Shown here: positions 8,491 to 17,083 of the stretch, piece after piece
How positions within the stretch are numbered: position 1 is the stretch's first letter
Layout of the letters: every line of letters starts with the position of its first letter
NCBI GenBank assembly: GCA_051117635.1
Contig: JBNPEH010000005.1
Location: 42,389 to 106,388, forward strand
Direction of reading: 5' to 3'
DNA: 64,000 nucleotides
Origin: Opitutales bacterium
Lineage (GTDB): Bacteria > Verrucomicrobiota > Verrucomicrobiia > Opitutales > JABSRG01
Translations under genes and position numbers: made by a program
Notes under the pieces: model-generated
The model's input: only the letters and a program-made list of their open reading frames with translations
Databases searched by the model: none
What the model was told of the DNA's origin: nothing

Positions 8491-8667
8491 GGCAACCGCG
8501 ACAGTGGGTACGCGTGCCCGGAGGTTCAAGCCGATGGTGGCGCCCCTTCCTTAAAGCCTTGCGGGAAAGTACCGATGGAAGGGAATTGGCGCTTGAACCG
8601 GGTCGCACGCGCTCCGTAAAGAGGTGGCCTTCCTGCGATTCCGCCTGTAGCCCATTCGCTTTTTATC

Positions 8668-9390
8668 ATGCCCAAAACCGCCCCCAAACTCAGCTGGTGC
8701 CGTGTGCGCCTCGGTGAAGACATGAACTGGTGGGTCGAGGAAATCAGCGACGAGGTCCACTGGGATGTGGACGGACTCAGCATCCTCGATCCGCGGCAGA
8801 TTCAGTATATTCTCGAATTGATCGAGCCCTTGACCGAGTACGGTTATCAGGAGTCCCTCTTTGAGGCGGCCTTCTATCCCTTCACGATCAAGACGGAGCT
8901 CAAGGACGGGAAGATCGAGTTGGCGCGGTCCAATGAATCCTTTCTCGAGAGCGATGAACCGATGTTCGCGCTACCAGACGTGATGGACGAGGAGAAGGGG
9001 CCTTACGCCGATTTCCTCAACCACATCACACGGCTGCGGGTGAAGCTGCTCAACGACCTCATCGACTTTAAGCAGAATCTGACCGTCGATGAACTGGAGG
9101 AGGAAATCCGGGAGAACGAGAATAACGAGTTCATGGAAGGCCGGGCCGTGCATTTCTTCACCGAGATCACCTCCATCCTCGAATACGTGCCGGAAGGTTA
9201 CGAGCTCGACAAGGAGGAGGTCGAAGATACCGACGACGACGAGGAGGAAGAAATCGACGAGGATTTCCCCGATGTCGAAGAGTCCGAGGAGAAGATCGAA
9301 GAGGACGAAACGATGAAGTGGGACGACGACGAGGACGAGGAGACCGAGGACGAGAACGAGGAGACCGAAGACGAGGAAAAAGAAAAGTAA
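8668..9390 (+). CDS. Hypothetical protein with an extremely acidic C-terminal tail
   Basis: 240-aa ORF with no family I recognise. About two thirds of the last 60 residues are D/E (DTDDDEEEEIDEDF...DDDEDEETEDENEETEDEEKEK). Alternative ATG at 8722. Confidence 0.6.
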   Translation: MPKTAPKLSWCRVRLGEDMNWWVEEISDEVHWDVDGLSILDPRQIQYILELIEPLTEYGYQESLFEAAFYPFTIKTELKDGKIELARSNESFLESDEPMFALPDVMDEEKGPYADFLNHITRLRVKLLNDLIDFKQNLTVDELEEEIRENENNEFMEGRAVHFFTEITSILEYVPEGYELDKEEVEDTDDDEEEEIDEDFPDVEESEEKIEEDETMKWDDDEDEETEDENEETEDEEKEK

Positions 9391-9503
9391 GGCCTGCCGT
9401 TAACGTTCGGAGATGCCGACCGTAATCCCGGGGGACAGCCACTGACACTGCGCGGGCTGTCGCTGGCTGAAGCGACGTGGTACGGACTTTCGCCCGACGC
9501 GCC

Positions 9504-10520
9504 TCAGGCTCCTCTTTTTGCTTCGGCGAAGACGCGGGCGAAATAGGTCAGGATCAAGTCGGCACCGGCTCGCTTGATGGCTAGGAGCGATTCGTCGCGG
9601 GCGGCCGCGCCGTCAAGCCAGCCCCGTTCGGCCGCGGCCTGGATTTGGGCGTATTCGCCGGAGACCTGATAAGCGGCGACCGGCAGCAGGGTTTTGTCAC
9701 GCAGCTCGCGGACGATATCGAGATAGGGTCCGGCCGGTTTGACCATCAGGACATCGGCTCCCTCCTGTTCATCCAGGAGGCTTTCCAGCAGGGCCTCGCG
9801 GCGGTTGGCCGGATCGAGCTGGTAGGTGCGCTTGTCGAGGCTGATGGTTCCGGCGGCTTGAGCGCTGCCGACTGCATCGCGGAAGGGCCCGTAGTAGGCC
9901 GAGGCAAACTTGGCCGCGTAGGCGATCATCCCGACGTTCCGATAGCCGGCCTCATCCAGTGATTCGCGGATCGAGCCGACCCGACCGTCCATCATGTCGG
10001 AGGGGGCGACAAAATCGACACCCGCTTCGGCCTGCAGGGCGGCCATTTCGTTCAGCACCTCGACCGTGGCGTCATTCTCCACTTCGTCCCCCTCCTCGCT
10101 CAGCAGACCGTCGTGGCCGTGGGTCGTGTAAGGATCGAGAGCCACGTCGGTGACCAGCACCAGCTCGGGCAGTTCCTGCTTCAGGCGACGCACGGCACGC
10201 AAAACCAGCGTCTCCGGATTGAGCGCTTCATCGCCAGCCGGCGTTTTCAGCTCCGGGTCGATCCGGGGAAACAACGCCACCGCCCGCACGCCCAGACCGA
10301 GCAGGGTTTCGGCCTCGGCCATCAGACTGTCAAGCGTATGGCGAACCTGACCCGGCATAGCGTCCACCGGCTCGGGTTGCCCCTCCCCGTCGATCACGAA
10401 CAGGGGCTGGATCAGGTCCGCCGGCGTCACGGTGCATTCGCGCACCAGATCACGGATGGCCGCGGTCCTTCGCAGCCGCCGGGGGCGCCGCTGCAGGTCG
10501 AGGGCAAAGCGATCTTCCAT
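9504..10520 (-). CDS. hemB: Porphobilinogen synthase (delta-aminolevulinate dehydratase)
   Basis: RPRRLRRTAAIRDLVRE, LIQPLFV, VTDVALDPYTTHGHDG, VAPSDMMDGR, YQVSGEY motifs. ATG at 10520 avoids an overlap with cysS. Confidence 0.92.
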   Translation of the reverse strand: MEDRFALDLQRRPRRLRRTAAIRDLVRECTVTPADLIQPLFVIDGEGQPEPVDAMPGQVRHTLDSLMAEAETLLGLGVRAVALFPRIDPELKTPAGDEALNPETLVLRAVRRLKQELPELVLVTDVALDPYTTHGHDGLLSEEGDEVENDATVEVLNEMAALQAEAGVDFVAPSDMMDGRVGSIRESLDEAGYRNVGMIAYAAKFASAYYGPFRDAVGSAQAAGTISLDKRTYQLDPANRREALLESLLDEQEGADVLMVKPAGPYLDIVRELRDKTLLPVAAYQVSGEYAQIQAAAERGWLDGAAARDESLLAIKRAGADLILTYFARVFAEAKRGA

Positions 10521-10629
10521 CCCGCCACGGTGAGCATCACCGGCAGCGGCTGCAACGCCAGAAGCCAGGCCCGCCGGGGGATTCACCGTTGCGCCGGGCC
10601 GGCCCCGGCCCTGAACTGAACGGCTTGCC

Positions 10630-12033
10630 ATGGCTGAAGACGCACCCGCCCCCGCCCTTCGTCTCTACGATACCCTCACCCGGGAAACCTTGCCGCTCCG
10701 GCCCGCCGATGGTCAGCGGCTGCGTTGCTACACCTGTGGCCCGACCGTTTACGGGCCGGCCCACATCGGCAACTTCCGGACCTTCGTGCTGACGGACGTG
10801 CTGATCCGCACCGCGCGGGTGGCCGGCCTGAAGCCCTACAGCGTCCGCAACATCACGGATGTGGACGACAAGACCATCCGCGACAGTCAGGCGGCGGGCG
10901 AGGACCTGCGCCGGTTCACCGACCGATGGACCGAGCGCTTCCATGCCGACTGCGAAAGGCTCAACCTCCTGACGCCCGACGCCGAGCCCCGTGCCACCGA
11001 TCACATCGATGACCAGATCCGGCTCATCGAAGCCTTGATCGGGCGCGGGCATGCCTATGCCTCGGACGGCTCCGTCTATTTCGATGTCAGCAGCTTTGCG
11101 GATTACGGAAAGCTCTCGCACATGGACCCCGCGGCGCTGCAGACGCAGGCCGAAACCAGCGGCGGGCGCACCAACGACGCCGACGAATACGACCGCGAGG
11201 CGGTGGCCGATTTTGCGCTCTGGAAGGCGCACAAGGCGGAGGACGGCCCCGTCGCCTGGGACAGCCCGTGGGGCCGTGGCCGGCCCGGCTGGCACCTCGA
11301 GTGTTCGGCCATGAGCATGCGCTATCTGGGCGAGAGCTTCGACCTGCACGGTGGCGGGGAGGATCTCTGTTTCCCGCACCACGAGAATGAAATCGCTCAA
11401 AGTGAAGGCGCCACCGGCCAGCCGTTTGCGGCCCACTGGTTCCACTGCGTGCACCTGCTGGTGGAAGGCAGAAAAATGGCTAAGAGCCTGGGAAATTTTT
11501 TCACCATCGAGGACCTGATCGACGGCGAGGGCTATGCACCCATGGAGGTTCGCTACCTGCTGCTCAGCGGCCACTACCGGCAGCAGCTCAATTTCACGAA
11601 AGGCGGGCTCCAGGCCGCGCGCAGCGCCCTTGAAAAACTGGGCAAGGTCGCCGGCGACCGGAAGCCCGCCCCACCCTTCAACGACGGTTGGGGCGTTTTC
11701 GCCAACGCCTGGCAGGCGCTCTGCAACGACCTCAATACACCCGCCGCGCTCGGCGCCTTTTTTGCCGGGCTCAAAACGGCCGACCTGGCCAGGCCCGAAG
11801 ACGCCGCCGGCCTCGACAAGCTGCTCTACGCGCTCGGCCTGGAAAGCACGGCCCCGCCCGGGGAAGCCGCACCCGAGGCTCCGGCCGAGGTCCGGCAGCT
11901 CGCCGAGGAACGCTGGGCCGCCAAACAGGCGAAGGATTTCGCAACGGCCGATCGGCTGCGCGCCCAGATCGTCGAAATGGGCTGGCTGGTGAAGGACGGC
12001 AAGGAGGCCTACACGTTGGCACCGAAAGGCTGA
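10630..12033 (+). CDS. cysS: Cysteine--tRNA ligase
   Basis: CGPTVYGPAHIGN (HIGH), GWHLECSAM, KMAKSLGN (KMSKS). Confidence 0.95.
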   Translation: MAEDAPAPALRLYDTLTRETLPLRPADGQRLRCYTCGPTVYGPAHIGNFRTFVLTDVLIRTARVAGLKPYSVRNITDVDDKTIRDSQAAGEDLRRFTDRWTERFHADCERLNLLTPDAEPRATDHIDDQIRLIEALIGRGHAYASDGSVYFDVSSFADYGKLSHMDPAALQTQAETSGGRTNDADEYDREAVADFALWKAHKAEDGPVAWDSPWGRGRPGWHLECSAMSMRYLGESFDLHGGGEDLCFPHHENEIAQSEGATGQPFAAHWFHCVHLLVEGRKMAKSLGNFFTIEDLIDGEGYAPMEVRYLLLSGHYRQQLNFTKGGLQAARSALEKLGKVAGDRKPAPPFNDGWGVFANAWQALCNDLNTPAALGAFFAGLKTADLARPEDAAGLDKLLYALGLESTAPPGEAAPEAPAEVRQLAEERWAAKQAKDFATADRLRAQIVEMGWLVKDGKEAYTLAPKG

Positions 12034-12097
12034 GTCCGGCCAATTTCTGCCGCCTTAACCGGTTGTCAGGAACAGCAGGAAGGCTTTGGATAACGGT

Positions 12098-13147
12098 ATG
12101 CCAAAGCCGCTTTTCGTCCTGCTTGCCTGCTGTTTGGGGTTGGGGTCGCTTAACGCCTTTCCGAAACAGCGAGAGGCCCGCGATCTGGAAAAAGCCCTGG
12201 CCCACAACTCGAATCCGCACCCGCCGCGGGATCTGGAACAGGAGCCCATTCTACCGGTGGACGATGCGGACCGGTACCGTTGGGACTTCCCGGCGATCAT
12301 CCAGTATGTGGATGGGGATGGCAGGCCGCATCCGGTTGTGGGCGTTCGCAAAAACATCCCGCTCATTCAACGCGGCAAGCGCGTCGTCGAGGTGGATACC
12401 AACCAATTCCGGTTCGAGCGCACGACCGTGTACCAGCGCGGTTATATCCAGGTTCTGGATACGGGTTTCAGCGACATGGAGGTCATGAAGAATGCCAATT
12501 TCTTCGCAACCACCGGAGAAGACACGCCCCGCGCCCGCTTTGAGACCCGTTTCCGACCTAACCGATCGTTCACGGACCTGACGGCGGCGGTGGTGGCCTA
12601 TCGGCGGATAGAGGAACGCCCCGACCTGAATGCCACCCTGCCCAGCCGCATTACTTTCAACACAATCGGGGAAGTGGAGGCCGGGAACGAGCGGGCCGTC
12701 ACCCTGTTTGCCGACCATCTGGGGGAGTTCGATAAATTCACGCGGCTGATCCTCCTCTTCTATGACCAGGGACTGCCGGTGCGCACCAATCTGGCTCAAT
12801 CGGTCTATGCTTACCTGCGGCCAAAGGAAGTGGCCGCCCATCGGTCGATTCTGGAGCCGTATTTGGCAAACGGTCGCAACGAGGAAACCGACCGCCCCCG
12901 CCAAACCGTGCTCGCCTTCACCCCCTACCTGCCGGAACCGCTTTATCAAGAAGCCGGGCCCATCGATGCGAAGGCGCGGTTCATCGTCGGCTCGGACGGC
13001 ATTCCGCGGGACATCACCATCGAGGGGGTTGAGCACGCGGAAGCACGCCAGTACCTCGCCTGGCGGGTTGCCGAATGGCAGTTCCTCCCCAAGCTGGAAG
13101 CCGGTCGACCGGTAAAGGAAACACTTCGCGTCCCGATCGCCTATTGA
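12098..13147 (+). CDS. Secreted protein or lipoprotein of unknown function with a TonB-C-like C-terminal domain
   Basis: Signal-like N-terminus MPKPLFVLLACCLGLGSLNA. The C-terminal about 60 aa (ARFIVGSDGIPRDITIEGVEH...WQFLPKLEAGRPVKETLRVPIAY) resembles TonB_C. Confidence 0.5.
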   Translation: MPKPLFVLLACCLGLGSLNAFPKQREARDLEKALAHNSNPHPPRDLEQEPILPVDDADRYRWDFPAIIQYVDGDGRPHPVVGVRKNIPLIQRGKRVVEVDTNQFRFERTTVYQRGYIQVLDTGFSDMEVMKNANFFATTGEDTPRARFETRFRPNRSFTDLTAAVVAYRRIEERPDLNATLPSRITFNTIGEVEAGNERAVTLFADHLGEFDKFTRLILLFYDQGLPVRTNLAQSVYAYLRPKEVAAHRSILEPYLANGRNEETDRPRQTVLAFTPYLPEPLYQEAGPIDAKARFIVGSDGIPRDITIEGVEHAEARQYLAWRVAEWQFLPKLEAGRPVKETLRVPIAY

Positions 13148-13173
13148 ATCCGTCCGGCCTTTCCCTTCAGCTC

Positions 13174-13198
13174 CCTCTTTCCGATTCCACCTTCAGGG
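13174..13198 (-). repeat. Degenerate solo copy of the repeat-family left end (reverse orientation)
   Basis: The rc is cctgaaggtggaatcggaaagaggg. Compare 33365-33394, cctgaacttctcaccggaatcgggaaagag. Confidence 0.35.
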
Positions 13199-13292
13199 AC
13201 ACCCGCCAAGCCAGGCGCTCCCGCCGCTCGGTCAATCACTGCGATCCGGACCCGCTGCCGACCCACAGTCCTCCCTTTCCCCCTTTCCGACG

Positions 13293-15137
13293 ATGAAGAC
13301 GATGACCCCCCTGGAAGAATTGCGGCATTCCGCCGCGCACGTGCTCGCCACGGCCGTCCTGCGCCTCTTTCCCGAGGCAAAGCTGGATATCGGTCCGCCG
13401 ACGGACCAGGGCTTTTACTACGACATCGACCTCGACCATCCGGTCTCGACCGAGGACCTCGAAACCATCGAGGCCGAGATGAAAAAGGTCATCAGAGAGA
13501 ACCAGAAGTTCGAGCGTTTCGAAACCTCGCGCGAGGAAGCGGAGGCCCTGATTCGTGAGATCGGCCAGGAGCGCTACAAGCTGGGGCGCCTCGAGGACAT
13601 TCCCGAGGATGAAACGGTCTCTTTCTACCGGAACGGCGAGTTCGTCGACCTGTGCGCGGGGCCACACGTCAACTACACCAAAAAAATCAAGGCCTTCAAG
13701 CTGCTCAGCGTCGCCGGTGCCTACCACCGGGGCGACGAGAAGAACAAGCAGCTGCAGCGCATCTACGGTACCGCGTTTCCCAGCCGGGAGGAGCTCGAAA
13801 CCTACCTGAAAAACCTCGAAGAGGCGCGCCAGCGCGACCACCGCCGGATTGGCCGCGACATGGGCCTCTTCCACATCGACGACGAGGTCGGCCAGGGCCT
13901 GATCCTCTGGAAGCCGGCCGGCGCCGTTCTGCGCCAGGAGCTGCAGACCTTCATCGCCGAGGAGCTGGAAAAGCAGGGCTATCAACAGGTCTTCACGCCC
14001 CACATCGGGAAACTCGATCTCTACAAGACCAGCGGCCACTTCCCCTACTACCAGGACTCGCAGTATCCGCCGGTCGTGCACCGTGATTTTCTCAGCGAGA
14101 AGGCGACCGAGAACTGCAGCTGCGGCGAACTGATGCAACTGATGGAGGCCGGCGACATCGAGGGCTACCTGCTCAAGCCGATGAACTGCCCGATGCACAT
14201 CAAGATCTTCGACAGCCAGCCGCACAGCTACCGCGATCTGCCCGTCCGCCTCGCCGAGTTCGGTACCGTCTATCGCTGGGAGCAGTCGGGGGAGTTAAAC
14301 GGCATGACACGCGTTCGCGGCTTCACTCAGGACGACGCCCACCTCTTCTGTACCGAGGACCAGTTGGCCGAGGAAGTGCTCGGGTGCCTGAGCCTCGTAA
14401 AAACCGTCTTCGGCACCCTCGGCATGAGCGATTACCGGGTCCGGGTCGGCCTGCGCGATCCGGACTCCGACAAATACACCGGTGAGCCCGAAAACTGGGA
14501 CAAAGCGGAAGCCGCCTGCCGTGAAGCCGCCCAAAGCCTGGACGTCCCCTTCAGCGAGGAGCCGGGCGAGGCCGCCTTCTACGGCCCCAAGATCGATTTT
14601 GTGGTCAAGGACGTCATCGGTCGCGAATGGCAGCTGGGCACGGTGCAGGTAGACTACAACCTGCCAGCCCGCTTCGAGCTCTCCTATGTCGGTCCCGACA
14701 ACCAGCCGCACCGCCCCGTCATGATCCACCGGGCGCCCTTCGGATCGATGGAGCGGTTCGTCGGCGTGCTGATCGAACACTTCGGTGGCAACTTCCCCGT
14801 CTGGCTCGCCCCCGAACAGGTGCGGGTGCTGCCCATTTCCGAGAAGGTGGCCGGCTATGCTGACGACGTCCTGGCCAGACTCAGGGCTGCGGGCATCCGC
14901 GCCACCGTCGACCGCGACGACGGCAAGCTCGGGGCCAAGATCCGCAACGCCGAGATGGACAAGGTGCCGGTCATGTTCGTGGCCGGTGAACGCGAGGCAG
15001 AGGCCGGCCAGGTATCCGTCCGCTCGCGCGTCGGCAAGAGCCTGGAAGGGCCCGGCACCCTTGAGGAGGCGATCGGGCGGGTACGCACCGCGATCGCCGG
15101 CAAGACCCTGCCCGAAACCAAGGAGAACACGCCATGA
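13293..15137 (+). CDS. thrS: Threonine--tRNA ligase (apparently lacking the N-terminal TGS domain)
   Basis: RHSAAHVLATA editing-domain motif at residue 11, DHRRIGRDMGLF, KPMNCPMH, FTQDDAHLF, RAPFGSMERF. Confidence 0.95.
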   Translation: MKTMTPLEELRHSAAHVLATAVLRLFPEAKLDIGPPTDQGFYYDIDLDHPVSTEDLETIEAEMKKVIRENQKFERFETSREEAEALIREIGQERYKLGRLEDIPEDETVSFYRNGEFVDLCAGPHVNYTKKIKAFKLLSVAGAYHRGDEKNKQLQRIYGTAFPSREELETYLKNLEEARQRDHRRIGRDMGLFHIDDEVGQGLILWKPAGAVLRQELQTFIAEELEKQGYQQVFTPHIGKLDLYKTSGHFPYYQDSQYPPVVHRDFLSEKATENCSCGELMQLMEAGDIEGYLLKPMNCPMHIKIFDSQPHSYRDLPVRLAEFGTVYRWEQSGELNGMTRVRGFTQDDAHLFCTEDQLAEEVLGCLSLVKTVFGTLGMSDYRVRVGLRDPDSDKYTGEPENWDKAEAACREAAQSLDVPFSEEPGEAAFYGPKIDFVVKDVIGREWQLGTVQVDYNLPARFELSYVGPDNQPHRPVMIHRAPFGSMERFVGVLIEHFGGNFPVWLAPEQVRVLPISEKVAGYADDVLARLRAAGIRATVDRDDGKLGAKIRNAEMDKVPVMFVAGEREAEAGQVSVRSRVGKSLEGPGTLEEAIGRVRTAIAGKTLPETKENTP

Positions 15138-15556
15138 TCCGCGACCTGAACAACGACAGCGACGATCCCGGTCCGCAGGAGATCCTGCCCGGCGAGCGGA
15201 ATGTCCTCGGTGAGCCCATCATTCCCTGCAGCCGTGAACCGCTGACCGGTTATTTTCGTGACGGCTGCTGCAAGACGCATGAGTCGGACACCGGCAATCA
15301 CACCGTCTGTGCCCGCCTGACGGCCGCGTTCCTCGACTTCTCGCGCGACCGCGGCAACGACCTCATCACGCCACGCCCGGAGTTTCATTTCCCGGGGCTG
15401 AAACCGGGCGACCACTGGTGCCTGTGCGCCGCGCGCTGGGAAGAGGCCCGGCAGGCCGGCTGCGCCCCGCCGGTTGTGCTGGCCGCCTGCCACGAACGCG
15501 CGCTGACCGTCATCCCGCTGGAGCTGCTCAAGGCCCACGCCAGCGACGACACCTGA
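15134..15556 (+). CDS. DUF2237-family protein
   Basis: TGYFRDGCC...GNHTVCA...GNDLITP...GLKPGDHWCLCAARW pattern. ATGA overlap with the thrS stop. Confidence 0.75.
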   Translation: MIRDLNNDSDDPGPQEILPGERNVLGEPIIPCSREPLTGYFRDGCCKTHESDTGNHTVCARLTAAFLDFSRDRGNDLITPRPEFHFPGLKPGDHWCLCAARWEEARQAGCAPPVVLAACHERALTVIPLELLKAHASDDT

Positions 15557-15638
15557 CCCGGATTTCTCACCAGAACCAGAAAACCGAGCGGCAAATTATA
15601 AAAGCGCTGCGACGCAATTTCTAAAACGGCTCTCGTGG
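15556..15638 (+). repeat. Partial copy of the repeat family filling the convergent DUF2237/enolase-superfamily spacer
   Basis: acccggatttctcaccagaaccagaaaaccgagcggcaaattataaaag...caatttc aligns with 50243-50312. It starts on the last base of the TGA stop. Confidence 0.6.
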
Positions 15639-17057
15639 TCAGACCTCGGGCAGAAAGGCCAGGTCCGGGAGCGCAGCGAGGCCGAAGGGCGCGTGGTTCA
15701 CGGAGGTCAGCGGAAGACGGCCGTCGCGGATGGCGAGGGCGGGCCAGCCGGCGTCCGTCGGTCGGTAGAGATCCTCGTGATGGGTTGTCATGAGTTTCTG
15801 GATACTCTGGGGCCAGAAGGACAGCCCGGCGAAATAGTGGTGGCCGTTCCGCTCGACGGAGGAGTTGCCCAGCGCGGCCTGGACAGCCAGATCCTGCGGC
15901 AGCGCGACGGGGCCGATATTGGAAAGGTCTTCCCCGCTCATGAGGTGTTCCCGGCCGGATGCCTGCTGGCGATGGGTCAGGAGGCAGCGCCCGGCCACGC
16001 CGTGAATGACGCCCTTGCAGTTCTTGTGGCTGGTACCGACATAGCCGCAGTCCAGAGCCCGAGGCAGGCAATCCAGGTCGCCGTCCGACTCGTCGATAAT
16101 GACTGGTGGGCGATCTTCCCAGGCGGTCAGGGTTTCCTGCATATCATCGCCCAGGGCAATATCGCGGTGGAACGGTTGCTCGAGAAAGAGCAGGCCCTTT
16201 TTCAGCAAGGCCAAATCCGGCTCGTCGAGCATTGCCCGCCAGAAGGTCCGGAAGGCGTCGACGGTATGCCAGCTCTCGTTGCCGTCGATGGTGAAACGGG
16301 CTTCGGGGCCGACGGATTGCTCAACAACCCGACAGATGCCTTTAAGCCGTTCGAGAGATGCATCCACATCCTCCCCGACCTTGAGTTTGAAGTGGGTGAC
16401 TCCGTAATGGTGGATGACTTCTTCGAGGGTATGCGGGAGACCGTCCTGCGGCGCTTCCGGGCGGTCGACCCCATCAGCCTGCGTGAGGGGATCCACCAGC
16501 CCGACGGTGTGCCGGGCCTGGATGGCCGGAACCGGCTCCCGGGGCAGGAGATCGGCCGGTGAGGCGCCGGCCAGTTCGGCGTGCAGGTTCCCCAGATCGA
16601 TCCCCAGGGCGTTCGCCCGGAGCAGTTCCTGAAAAGGCCGGTGGGTTGCGCGACAAACGGCATCGATGATGGCGCGTTCGACCAGGGCGGTACCAAAATG
16701 GGTAAGCAACGGCGGGTAGCCCTGCGCATCACCCCAGGCTTCCTGCTGACGGTGCAGGTCCTGCCAGACCGTAAAGACATCGGACCCTTTCAGACCCGTC
16801 GCCACCGAAGCGGCGTGCCGATGCACATGGATCATTTCGGCCACCTCATCCTCCGGGTCCCGTTTGGGATCTTTCGTAAACCATTTTGGGGCCAGATGGT
16901 CGGCGGAAACGCCCGTCTGGCGGGTTCCCTGCCAGGTCAGGTCGACCTCGCAGAAGAGATGGGGCAGCGCGGTCATGGTCGCGATGCCGTACTTGAAGGG
17001 CATGCGCGTTTCAAGATCCGCACGGCGCAAACGAACGGCGTGGATAGATAATTCCAT
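15639..17057 (-). CDS. Enolase-superfamily enzyme (mandelate racemase/muconate lactonizing enzyme family)
   Basis: FKLKVG (KxK), FTIDGNESW, FLEQPF, IIDESD metal-ligand pattern. 472 aa, longer than typical members. Confidence 0.75.
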   Translation of the reverse strand: MELSIHAVRLRRADLETRMPFKYGIATMTALPHLFCEVDLTWQGTRQTGVSADHLAPKWFTKDPKRDPEDEVAEMIHVHRHAASVATGLKGSDVFTVWQDLHRQQEAWGDAQGYPPLLTHFGTALVERAIIDAVCRATHRPFQELLRANALGIDLGNLHAELAGASPADLLPREPVPAIQARHTVGLVDPLTQADGVDRPEAPQDGLPHTLEEVIHHYGVTHFKLKVGEDVDASLERLKGICRVVEQSVGPEARFTIDGNESWHTVDAFRTFWRAMLDEPDLALLKKGLLFLEQPFHRDIALGDDMQETLTAWEDRPPVIIDESDGDLDCLPRALDCGYVGTSHKNCKGVIHGVAGRCLLTHRQQASGREHLMSGEDLSNIGPVALPQDLAVQAALGNSSVERNGHHYFAGLSFWPQSIQKLMTTHHEDLYRPTDAGWPALAIRDGRLPLTSVNHAPFGLAALPDLAFLPEV

Positions 17058-17083
17058 AATACAAGAGGCGGTGGCCGCCCGGG

